64,000 nt of DNA. It comes from the human T2T-CHM13v2.0 reference genome, Homo sapiens. Positions 33,515-55,150 of this stretch are shown in pieces; positions within the stretch are counted from its first letter, which is position 1, and every line of letters begins with the position of its first letter. The position numbers were made by a program, and so were the translations under genes. The stretch is from NCBI RefSeq assembly GCF_009914755.1, contig NC_060947.1; one strand, given 5' to 3'. The notes under the pieces are model-generated. The model had not been told where the DNA came from. It ran no database searches and worked only from the letters and a program-made list of their open reading frames with translations.

Positions 33515-34348
33515 CTCAAAAACCTGTTACAACTGATGAACAAATTCAGTAAACAAAGTCAACAAACAAGAATCAGTTGCATTTTCACACACTAACAATG
33601 AACTATCCAAAAAGAAATTATGAAAGCAATTCTATGGACAATAGTATCAAAAAGAAAAAAACTTAGCAGAAATTTAACCAAAATAAAATATCTGTGCACT
33701 GAAAACTGTAAGACATTGATAAAAGAAACTGAAGATGACAAAAATAGATGGAAAGATATCCCATGTCCATGGGTTAGACAAATTAATATTGTTAAAATGT
33801 TTATGACCTTTTACACATAAACATAAAAAAATAGTCTTTTTTATTATTATACTTTAAGTTCTAGGGTATATGTGCACAACGTGCAGGTTTGTTACCTATG
33901 TATACATGTGCCATGTTGGTGTGCTGCACCCATGAACTCATCATTTACATTAGGTATATCTCCTAATGCTATCCCTCCCCCCTCCCCGACCCCATGACAG
34001 TCCCCGATGTGTGATGTTCCCTGTCTTGTGTCCAAGTGTTCTCATTGTTCAATTCCCACCTATGAGTGAGAACATGCAGTGTTTGGTTTTCTGTTCTTGC
34101 GATAGTTTGCTGAGAATGATGGTTTCCAGCTTCATCCATGTCCCTACAAAGGACATGAACTCATCCTTTTTTATGGCTGCACACTATTCCATGGTGTATA
34201 TATGCCCAAATTAGTAAGGTAGCACAAAAGACCCTGAATAGCCAAAGCAATTTTGAGCAAGAATAAACTGAAGACAACATATTTCCTGATTTCAAGCTGT
34301 ATTGCAAAGCTCTAGTAACAAAATAGTATGATAATGGCATAAAAACTG
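33515..34348 (+). mobile_element. Old L1M ORF2 fragment, interrupted by an L1PA and ending at the L1MA junction
   Basis: ENCKTLIKETEDDKNRWKDIPCPWVRQINIVKM; resumes at ~34207 (cacaaaagaccctgaatagccaaagcaa). Confidence 0.7.
33836..34206 (-). mobile_element. 5'-truncated L1PA5-like 3' end
   Basis: Antisense 3'UTR from ttattattatactttaagttctaggg to gtgtatatatgcc. No clear TSD. Confidence 0.9.
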
Positions 34349-37300
34349 ACTTCCATAGCAGTCAGAGACATGAGGCCCCCTTTCAAGGCCCTAGCTTCTG
34401 GATGACATTTGTAGCCGCACTCTGTGCCAGAAGGGAAACTGCTGCCTTAAAGGGAATGACCTGGTCCTGGCAGGATCCATCTCCTGGTGACTAAAGAGCC
34501 CTTGATCCATGAATAATCAGAGGTAATACCCAGGTAGTAACCCATAGACCTTGGGTAAGACTCAGATTTACCGGTTTCAGATGAGACTCAGCACATTCCC
34601 AACCGCGGTGGCTACAGGAAGACACTCTTTTTGCTTGATAAAGGTGGAGGGAAAAGTAAAGGGGACTTTGTTTTGCACCCTAGGTACCAGCTTGGCCACA
34701 GGAGGATAGAGCGGCAAGTTTGCTCTTGGGGTCCTTGATTCCAGTGAAAGTCCAGAAATGCTCTTGCATGGCATTTCTGGACCTGCCTTGGGCCAGAGTG
34801 GAGCCCACTGCCCTGAAAGGTGTGTCTCAGCACAGTCATAAGCTGACTGAAGAGCCTTAAGAGAACATAAGCAGTAGTTTGGCAGTACTCTCTGTGGACC
34901 TGTGATGGTGGTAGCCATGGAGTTAGGCTCCTAAGGCTGTAGAAAGGAAAGAGAAGAGTGGGAAGCACTGTGTCTTGTGTTATGAGTGCCAGCTCAGCTG
35001 CAGTATAATAGAACATGAGGTGGACTTCTAAGTTTTTTTGACTCCAGTCCCTGGCTCCTGCATGGCATCTCTGGACCCACCAGGGGCCTAGGGGAACTTG
35101 CTACCATGAAAGGAAGGACACAAGCACGGCTGGTTTTGCCATGTTCTGATTGTAATGCCCCAGGGCCTTTTGTGAACATAGGTAGTAGCTAAGTACTGGC
35201 TCAAGTGGGCCTTGGTTTAGACCCAGTGTTGTACTGACTTAAGGTCTGACGAGCACAGTCTCAGTGGTGGTGACCACTGGGATGCTTGTGTCACCCCACC
35301 CTCAGTTGCAGGTGGATCAGAACAAAGAGAGAGACTTTGCTTGGGAGAAAGTAAGGGAAGTACACAAGAGTCTCTGCCTGGTAATCAATAGAATTTTTCT
35401 GTATCTTATTCAAAAACATCAAGATGGTACATCTATTAGTCTAGAAAAACCACAGCATTAGTGGACTTGGGGTGCCCACTAATGCAAACATAACTTAGAT
35501 CACAACAACCAAGTCCATTCAAATACCTGGAAAGCTTTCCCAAGCAGGAAGGGTATAAACAAACACAAAATATGAAGATTACAATAAATACCTAACTCTT
35601 CAATGACCAGAACTGACAAATATCCACAAGCATCAAGACCATCCAGGAAAACATGACCTCACCAAATGAACTAAATAAGGAACCAGGGACCAATGCTGGA
35701 GAAACAGAAATGTGACCTTTCAGAAAGAGAATTGAAAATAGTTACTTTGACAAAACTCAAAAAAGTTCAAGGTAACACAAAGAAACAATTCAGAATTCTG
35801 TCAGACAAATGTAACAAAGAGATTGAAATAATTTAAAAGAATCAAGCAGAAGTTCTGGAGCTAAAAAATGAAGCCTAGTGAGAAAGTCATCAGTCTTTTT
35901 ATAGCAGAATTGGTCAAGCAGAAGAAATAATTAGTGAGCATACAGACAGGACATTTAAAAATATATGGTTAGAAGAGCCTAAAGGAAACAGAATTAAAAA
36001 CAATGAAGTAACACACACAGGATCTAGAAAATAGCTTCAAAAGGGCAAATCAATATTGATCTTAAAGAAGAAGTAGAGAGATAGGGGTAGAAAGTTTATT
36101 CAAAGGAAAAATAACAGAGAACTTCCCTAAACTAGAAAAAGATATCAGTATACAAGTACAAATAGGCTATAGAACACCAAGCAAATTTAACTCAAATAAT
36201 CCTATCTCAAGGCATTTAATCGGAAACTCTCAAAGGTCAGAGATGAAGAAAGCATCCTAAAAGCAGTAGGAGAAAAGAAACAAATAACAGGCACTGGAGC
36301 ACCAATATATCTGGCAGCAGACTTTTCAGCGGAAACCTTAAAGGACAAGAGAGTTCATTCTTCAGTCAGAAAGAAAAGGATGTTAATGAGCATTAAGAAA
36401 TGATCTGAAGGTACAAAACTCACTGAGAATAGTAAGTCTGTAGAAAAACAGAATATTATAGTCCTGTAACTGTGGTGTCTAAACCACTATATCTTTAGTA
36501 GAAAGACTAAACAAAGAATCCATCAAAAACTAATAACTACAATAACTTTTCAAGACATAGACAGTACAAAAAGATATAAATAGAAACAACAAAAAGTTTA
36601 AAACCAAGGGGATGAAGTATAGAGTTCTTATTAGTTTTATTTTTGATTATTTTCTTTTTATGAAAACAGTGTTAAGTAGTTATTAGCTTTAGATAATAGG
36701 TTATAGTATAGTATTCTTTTATTATACTTTAAGTTCTAGGGTACATGTGCACAACATGCAGGTTTGTTACATATGTAAACATGTGCCATGTTGGTGTGCT
36801 GCACCCATTAACTCGTCATTTACATTGGGTATTTCTCCTAATGTTATCCCTCCCCCTCCCCGAACCCCACAACAGGCCCCGGTGTGTGATGTTCCCCACC
36901 CTGTGTCCAAGTGTTCTCATTGTTAAATTCCCACCTATGAGTGAGAACATGCGGTGTTTGGATTTTTATCCTTGTGATGGTTTGCTCAGAATGATGGTTT
37001 CCAGCTTCATCCATAACCCTACAAAGGACATGAACTCATCCTTTTTTATGGCTGCATAGTATTCCATGCTGTATATGTGCCACATTTTCTTAATCCAGTC
37101 TATCATTGATGGACATTTGGGTTGGCTACAAGTCCTTGCTATTGTGAATAGTGCTGCAATAAACATACGTGTGCATGTGTCTTTATAGCAGCATGATGTA
37201 TAATCCTTTGGGTATATACACAGTAATGGAATGGCTGGGACAAATGGTATTTCTAGTTCTAGATCCTTGAGGAATCGCCACACTATCGTCCACAATGGTT

Positions 37301-37446
37301 GAACTAGTTTACAGTCCCACCAACAGTGTAAAAGCATTCCTATTTCTCCACATCCTCTCTAGCACCTGTTGTTTCCTGACTTTTTAATGATTGCCATTCT
37401 AACTGGTGTGAGATGATATCTTGTTTTGGTTTTGATTTGCATTTCT

Positions 37447-43544
<6,098 letters not shown>

Positions 43545-44615
43545 GATTTGCATTTCTCTGATGGCCAGTGATGATGAGCATTTTCTTCTGTGTCTGTTGG
43601 CTGCATAAATGTCTTCTTTTTAGAAGTGTCTGTTGATATCCTTCACCCACTTTTTGATGGGGTTGTTTGATTTTTTCTTGTAAGTTTGTTTAGTTCTTTG
43701 TAGATTCTGGATATTAGCCTTTTGTCACATGGGTAGATTGCAAAAACTTTCTCCCATCCTGTAGGTTGCCTGTTCACTCTGATGGTAGTTTGTTTTGCTG
43801 TGCAGAAACTCTTTAGTTTAATTAGATCCCATTTGTCAATTTTGTCTTTTGTTGCCATTGCTTTTGGTGTTTTAGTCAGGAAGTCCTTGCCCATGCCTAT
43901 GCCCTGAATGGAATTGGCTCAATTTTCTTCTAGGGTTTTTATAGTTTTAGTTCTAACTTTTAAGTCTTTAATCCATCTTGAATTAATTTTTGTATAAGGT
44001 GTAAGGAAGGGATCCATTTTCAGCTTTCTACATATGGCTAGCCAGTTTTCCCAGCACCCTTTGTTAAATAGGGAATCCTTTCCCCGTTTCTTGTTTTTGT
44101 CAGGTTTGTCAAAGATCAGATGGTTGTAGATGTGTGGCATTAAGTCTGAGGGCTCTGTTCTGTTCCATTGGTATATATGTCTGTTTTGGTACCAGTACCA
44201 TGCTGTTTCAGTTACTGTCACCTTGTACTATAGCTTGAAGTCAGCTAGCCTGATGCCTCCAGCATTGTTCTTTTGGTTGAAGATTGCCTTGGCAATGTGG
44301 GCTCTTTTTTGGTTCCATATGACTTTTAAAGCAGTTTTTTTCAATTCTGTGAAAAAAGTCCTTGGTAGCTTGATGGGGATGGCATTGAATCTATAAATTA
44401 CCTTGGGCAGTATGGCCATTTTCACAATATTGATTCTTCCTATCCATTAGCGTGGAATGTTCTATGTTCTTCCATTTGTTTGTGCCCTCTTTTATTTCAT
44501 TGAGCAGTTGTATGTAGTTCTCTTTGAAGAGATCTTTCACATCCCTTGTAATTTGGATTCCTAGGTATTTTATACTCTTAGTAGCAATTGTGAATTGGAG
44601 TTCACTCATGATTTA

Positions 44616-44720
<105 letters not shown>

Positions 44721-44723
44721 TTA

Positions 44724-44999
<276 letters not shown>

Positions 45000-47900
45000 T
45001 CAATATCTAATTTATTGAGAGTTTTTAGCATGAAGGGTTGTTGAATTTTGTCAAAGGCCTTTATTGCATCTATTGAGATAATCATGTGGTTTTTGTCTTT
45101 GCTTCTGTTTATATGATGGATTACATTCATCGATTTGGGTATGTTGAAACAGCCTTGCATCCCAGGGATGACGCCAACTTGACATGGTGGATAAGCTTTT
45201 TGATGTGCTTCTGGATTCAGTTTGCCAGTATTTTATTGAGGATTTTTGCATCAATGTTCCTCAGGGATGTTTTTCTAAAATTCTCTTTTTTTTCTTGTGT
45301 CTCTGCCAGGCTTTGGTATCAGGATGATGCTGGCCCCATAAAATGAGTTAGGGAGGATTCCCTCTTTTTCTATTGATTGGAATAGTTTCAGAAAGAATGG
45401 TACCAGCCCCTCCTTGTACATCTCGTAGAATTCGGCTGTGAATCCGTCTGATCCTGGACTTTTTTTGGTTGGTAGGCTATTAATTATTGCCTCAATTTTA
45501 GAAACTGTTATTGGTCTATTCAGCAATTCAACTTCTTCGGAAGGTGTATATGTCCAGGAATTTATCCATTTCTTTCAGATTTTCTTGTTTATTTGAGTAG
45601 AGATGTTTATAGCATTCTCTGATGGTAGTTTGTATTTCTTTGGGATCAATTGTGTTATCCCCTTTATCATTTTTTGTTGCATCTGTTTGATTCTTCTCTC
45701 TAGTCTTCTTAGCAGTGTATCAATTTTATTGATCTTTTCCAAAAACCCTCTGGATTCGTTTATTTTTTTCAGCGTTTTTTTGTGTCTCTATCTCCTTCAG
45801 TTCTGCCCTGATCTTAGTTATTTCTTGCCTTCTGCTAGCTTTTGAATGTGTTTGCTCTTGCTTCTCTAGTTCTTTTAATTGTGATGTTAGGCTGTCAATT
45901 TTGATCTTTCCTGCTTTCTCTTGTGAGCTTTTAGTGCTATAAATTTACCTCTGTGCACTGCTTTAAATGTGTCCCCGAGATTGTGGTATGTTGTGTCTTT
46001 GTTCTCGTTGGTTTCAAAGAATGTCTTTCTTTCTGCCTTCATTTCCTTATGTACCTAGTAGTCATTCAGGAGCAAGTAGTTCAGTTTCCATATAGTTGTG
46101 CAGTTTCAACTGAGTTTCTTAATCCTGAGTTCTAATTTGATTGCACTGTGGTCTGTGAGATAGTTTGTTATAGTTTCTGTTCTTTTACATTTGCTGAGGA
46201 GTGCTTTACTTCCAACTATGTGGTCAATTTTGCAAGAAGTGCAATGTGATGCTGAGAAGAATGTATATTCTGTTGATTTGGGGTGGAGAGTTCTGTATGT
46301 GTCTGTTAGGTCTGCTTGGTGCAGAGCTGAGTTCAAGTCCTGAATCTCCTTGTTAACCTTCTGTCTCATTGATCTGTCTAATATTGACAGTGGGGTACTA
46401 AAGTCTCCCATTATTGTTGTGTGGGAGTCTAAGTGTCTTTGTAGGTCTCTAAGGACTTTCTTCATGAATCTTGGTGCCTCTGTCTTGGGTGCATATATAT
46501 TTAGGATAGTTAGCTCTTCTTGTTGAATTGATCCCTTTACCATTATGTAATGGCCTTTTTTGTCTCTTTTGATCTTTGTTGGTTTAAAGTCTGTTTTTTT
46601 CAGACACTAGGATTGCAAGCCCTGCTTTTTTTTGTTTTCCATTTTCTTGGTAGATCTTCCTCCATCCCTTTATTTTGAGCCTATGTGTGTCTCTGCACCT
46701 GAGATGGGTCTCCTGAATACAGCACACTGATCGGTCTTGACTCTTTATCCAATTTGCCAGTCTGTGTTTTTCAATTGGAGTATTTAGCCCATTTACATTT
46801 AAGGTTAATATTGTTATATGTGAATTTGATCCTGTCATTATGATGTTAGCTGGTTAGTTTGCTGATTAATTCTTGCAGTTTCTTCCTAGCATCAGTGGTC
46901 TTTACAGTTTGGCATGTTTTTCAGTGGCTGGTACCGGTTGTTCCTTTCCATGTTTAGATCTTCCTTCAGGAGCTCTTGAAAGGCAGGCCTGGTGGTGACA
47001 AAATCTTTCGGCATTTGCGTGTCTGTAAAGGATTTTATTTCCCCTTCATTTATGAAGATTAGTTTGGCTGGATATGAAATTCTGGGTTGAAAATTATTTT
47101 CTTTAAGAATGTTGAATATTGCCCCCCCCCCCTTCTGGCTTGTAGAGTTTCTGCCAAGAGATCCACAGTCAGTCTGATTAGCTTCCCTTTGTGGTTGACC
47201 TGACCTTTCTCTCTGGCTGCCCTTAACATTTTTTCCTTCATTTTAACTTTGGAGAATCTGACAATTATTTGTCTTGCAGTTGCTCTTTTTGAGGAGTATC
47301 TTCGTGGTGCTCTCTGTATTTCCTGAATTTGAATGTTGGCCTGCCTTGCTAGGTTGAGGAAGTTCTCCTGGATACTATCCTGAAGAGTCTTTTCCAACTT
47401 GGTTCCATTCTCCCTATCACTTTCAGGTACACCAGTCAGACATAGATTTGGTCTTTTCACATAGTCCTATATTTGTTGGAGGCTTTGTTCATTTCTTTTT
47501 ACTCTTGTTTCTCTAAACTTCTCTTCTCGCTTCATTTCAATTATTTCATCTTCAATCACTGATACCCTTTCTTCCAGTTGATCGAATCGGCTACTGAAGC
47601 TTGTGCATTCGTCACGTAGTTCTCGTGCCAAGGTTTTCAGCTCCATGAGGTCATTTAAGGTCTTCTCTATACTGTTTATTCTAGTTAACCATTTGTCTAA
47701 TCTTTTTTGAAGGATTTTAGCTTCTTAGTCGTGGGTTTGAACATCCTCCTTTAGCTCAGAGGAGTTTGTTATTGCTGATCTTCTGAGGCCCACTTCTGTT
47801 ACCTCATCAAAGTCATTCTCCATCCAGCTTTGTTCTGTTGCTGGCGAGGAGCTGTGTTCCTTTGGAGTAGAAGAGGTGCTCTGATTTTTGGAGTTTGCAG

Positions 47901-48500
47901 CTTTTCTGTTCTGTTTTCTCCCCATCTTTGTGGTTTTATCTACCTTTGGTCTTTGATCATGGTGACCTAGAAATGGGGTTTTGGTGTGGGTGTCCTTTTT
48001 GTTTGTTAGTTTTCCTTCTAACAGTCAGGATTCTCAGCTGTAGGTCTGTTGGAGTTTGTAGGAGGTCCCCTCCAGACCCTGTTTGCCTGGGTATTACCAG
48101 CAGAGGCTGCAGAGCAGAAAATATTGCAGAACAGCAAATGTTGCTGCCTGTTCCTTCTTCTGGAAGCTTCATCTCAGAGTGGCACCTGGCTGTATGTGGT
48201 GTCAGTCAGCTCATACTGGGAAGTGTCTCCCAGTTAGGCTATTCAGGGGTCAGGGACCCACTTGAGGAGGCAGTCTGTTCATTCTCAGATCTCAAACTCC
48301 ATGCTGGGAGAACCACTGCTCTCTTCAAAGCTGTCAGACATGGACGTTTAAGTCTGAAGGAATTTCTGCTGCCTTTTATTCCGCTATGCCCTGCCCCCAG
48401 AGCGGGAGTCTACAGAGGCAAGTAAGCCTCCTTGAGCTGCGGTGGGCTCCACCCTTTTTGAGCTTCTGTGCCACTTTCATTACCTACTCAAGCCTCAGCA

Positions 48501-48683
48501 ATGGCAGACGCCCCTAACCCAGTCTTGCTGCCACCTTGCAGTTCGATCTTGGACTGCTGTACTAGCAGTGAGCAAGGCTCCGTGGGCAAGGGACACTCTA
48601 AGCCAGGCACAGGTTATAATCTCCTGGTTCCCCATTTACTAAGACTGATGGAAAAGTGCAGTATTAGGGTGGGAGTTTCCTGA
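48501..48683 (+). pseudogene. L1 ORF0 homolog, 60 aa
   Basis: MADAPNPVLLPPCSSILDCCTSSEQGSVG..., antisense in the 5'UTR of the minus-strand L1. Confidence 0.65.
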
Positions 48684-49227
48684 TTTTCCAGATACTGTCT
48701 ATCGCGGCTCCCCTTGGCTAGGAAAGGGAATTCCCTGACTGCTTTCACTTCCCTGGTGAGGCGGTGCCCTGCCCTGCTTCAGCTCACACTCCGTGGGCTG
48801 CACCCACTGTCCAAAAAGCCCCAGTGAGATGAAACCTGTACCACAGTTGGAAATGCAGAAATCACCCATCTTCTGTGCCACTCATGCTAGGATCTGTAGA
48901 GTGTAGCTGTTCCTATTCAGCAATCTTGGAACCCTCCCACAATATAGTATTTACAGGCCTCATGGTAACCTCAAGTAAAAAAAATTTGCAAAAACTAAAA
49001 AGCATGAAATTAAATCATATCACCAGAGAAAACTACCTTCACTATAAGGAAGACAGGAAGAAAGGAAAGAAGGAAGAGAAGATGACAAAACAGAGAACAA
49101 ATGACAAAATGGCAAGGCTAACTATTTACTTATCAATAATAATATTTATTGTAAGTGAACGAAACTCTCTAATCAAAACACAGAAAACGGCTCAATGGAT
49201 AAAAAATCAGGACCCGGAGGTGGCAGC

Positions 49228-49237
49228 CAAGATGGCC
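49228..49237 (+). promoter_or_regulatory. YY1 site of the L1 5'UTR internal promoter
   Basis: caagatggcc at the canonical position near +13 to +21. It is also intact at 59434-59443. Confidence 0.8.
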
Positions 49238-49999
49238 GAATAGGAACAGCTCTGGTCTACAGCTCCCACCATGAGCGATGCAGAAGATGGGTGATTTCTG
49301 CATTTCCATCTGAGGTACCAGGATCATCTCACTAGGGAGTGCCAGACAGTTGGCACAGGACAGTGGGTGCAGTGCACCATGCACGAGTCGAAGCAGAGTG
49401 AGGCATTGCCTCACATGAGAAGCACAAGGTGTCAGGGAGTTCCCTTTCCTAGTCAAAGAAAGGGGTGACAGACGGCACCTGGAAAATCGGGTCACTCCCA
49501 CCCTAACACTGCGCATTTCCGACGGGCTTAAAAAATGGCACACCAGGAGATTATATCCTGCACCTGGCTCAGAGAGTCCTATGCCCACTGAGTCTCACTG
49601 ATTGCTAGCACAGCAGTCTGAGATCAAACTGCAAGGCGGGAGTGAGCCTGGGGGAAAGGCACCCGCCATTGCCCGGGCTTGCTTAGGTAAACAAAGCAGC
49701 CAGGAAGCTCGAACTGGGTGGAGCCCACCACAGCTCAAGGAGGCCTGCCTGCCTCTGTAGGCTCCACCTCTAGGGGCAAGGCACAGACAAACAAAAAGAC
49801 AGCAGTAACCTTGGCAGACTGAAATGTCCCTTTCTGACAACTTTGAAGAGAGCAGTGGTTCTCCCAACACGCAGCTGGAGATCAGAGAATGGGCAGACTG
49901 CCTCCTCAAGTGCGTCCCTGACCCCGAACTCCTGAGCAGCCTAACTGGGAGGCACCCCCCAGTAGCGGCAGACTGACACCTCACACGGCCGGGTACTCC

Positions 50000-50127
50000 T
50001 CTGAGACAAAATTTCCAGAGGAACGATCAGACAGCAGCATTCGTGGTTCATGAAAATCCGCTGTTCTGCAGCCACTGCTGCTGATACACAGGCAAACAGG
50101 GTCTAGGGTGGACCTCCAGCAAACTCC
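50000..50127 (+). promoter_or_regulatory. ~129-bp 5'UTR segment carrying the ZNF93 binding site (lost in younger L1PA3/PA2/HS)
   Basis: Segment between actcc direct repeats (49995-49999 and 50123-50127) that is absent from L1HS. Homologs are present in the other long L1PAs here. Confidence 0.75.
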
Positions 50128-50251
50128 AACAGACCTGCAGCTGAGGGTCCTGTCTGTTAGAAGGAAAACTAACAAACAGAAAGGACATCCACACCAAAAA
50201 CCCATCTGTACATCACCATCATCAAAGACCAAATTAGATAAAACCACAAAG

Positions 50252-51268
50252 ATGGGGAAAAAACAGAGAAGAAAAACTGGAAACTCTAAAAAGCAGAGTG
50301 CCTCTCCTCCTCCAAAGGAACGCAGTTCCTTACCAGCAATGGAAAAAAGCTGGACGGAGAATGATTTTGACGAGGTCAGAGAAGAAGGCTTCAGACAATC
50401 AAACTACTCTGAGCTACAGGAGGAAATTCAAACCAAAGGCAAAGAAGTTAAAAACTTTGAAAAAAATTTAGACGAATGTATAACTAGAAAAATCAAGACG
50501 GAGAAGTGGTTAAAGCAGCGGATGGAGCTGAAAGCCAAGACTGGAGAACTACATGAAGAATGCAGAAACCTCAGGAGCCAACAAGATCAACTGGAAGAAA
50601 GGGTGTCAGTGATAGAAGATGAAATGAATGAAATGAAGTGAAAAGGGAAGTTTAGAGAAAAAAGAATAAAAAGAAATGTGCAAAGCCTCCAAGAAATATG
50701 GGACAATGTGAAAAGACCAAATCTACATCTGATTGGTGTACCTGAAAGTGACGGGGAGAATGGGACCAAGTTGGAAAACACTCTGCAGGATATTATCCAG
50801 GAGAACTTCCCCAATCTAGCAAGGCAGGCCAACATTCAGATTCAGGAAATACAGAGAACACCACAAAGATACTCCTCGAGAAGAGCAACTCCAAGACACA
50901 TAATTGTCAGATTCTCCAAAGTTGAAATGAAGGAAAAAATGTTAAGAGCAGCCAGAGAGAAAGGTCGAGTTACCTACAAAGGGAAGCCCATCAGACTAAT
51001 AGCGAATCTCTCGGCAGAAACTCTACAAGCCAGAAGAGAGTGGGGGCCAATATTCAACATTCTTAAAGAAAAGAATTTTCAACCCAGAATTTCATATCCA
51101 GCCAAACTAAGCTTCATAAGTGAAGGAGAAATAAAATCCTTTACAGAAAAGCAAATGCTGAGAGATTTTGTCACCACCAGGCCTGCCCTAAAAGAGATCC
51201 TGAAGGAAGCACTAAACATGGAAAGGAATAACTGCTACCAGCCACTGCAAAAACATGCCAAATTGTAA
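50252..51268 (+). pseudogene. L1 ORF1p, 338 codons with one in-frame stop at codon 130
   Basis: MGKKQRRKTGNSK...KHAKL in a single frame, with TGA at 50639-50641. Confidence 0.92.
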
Positions 51269-51331
51269 AGACCATTGAGGCTAGGAAGTAACTGCATCAA
51301 CTAACGAGCAAAAAAACCAGCTAACATCATA

Positions 51332-55150
<3,819 letters not shown>

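Noticed and set aside
34395-35120. Three degenerate ~50-bp repeats spaced 300-370 bp apart (array-like)
   Set aside because: They lie in the old L1MA 5'UTR, where tandem subrepeats are expected. This is not a CRISPR-like array.
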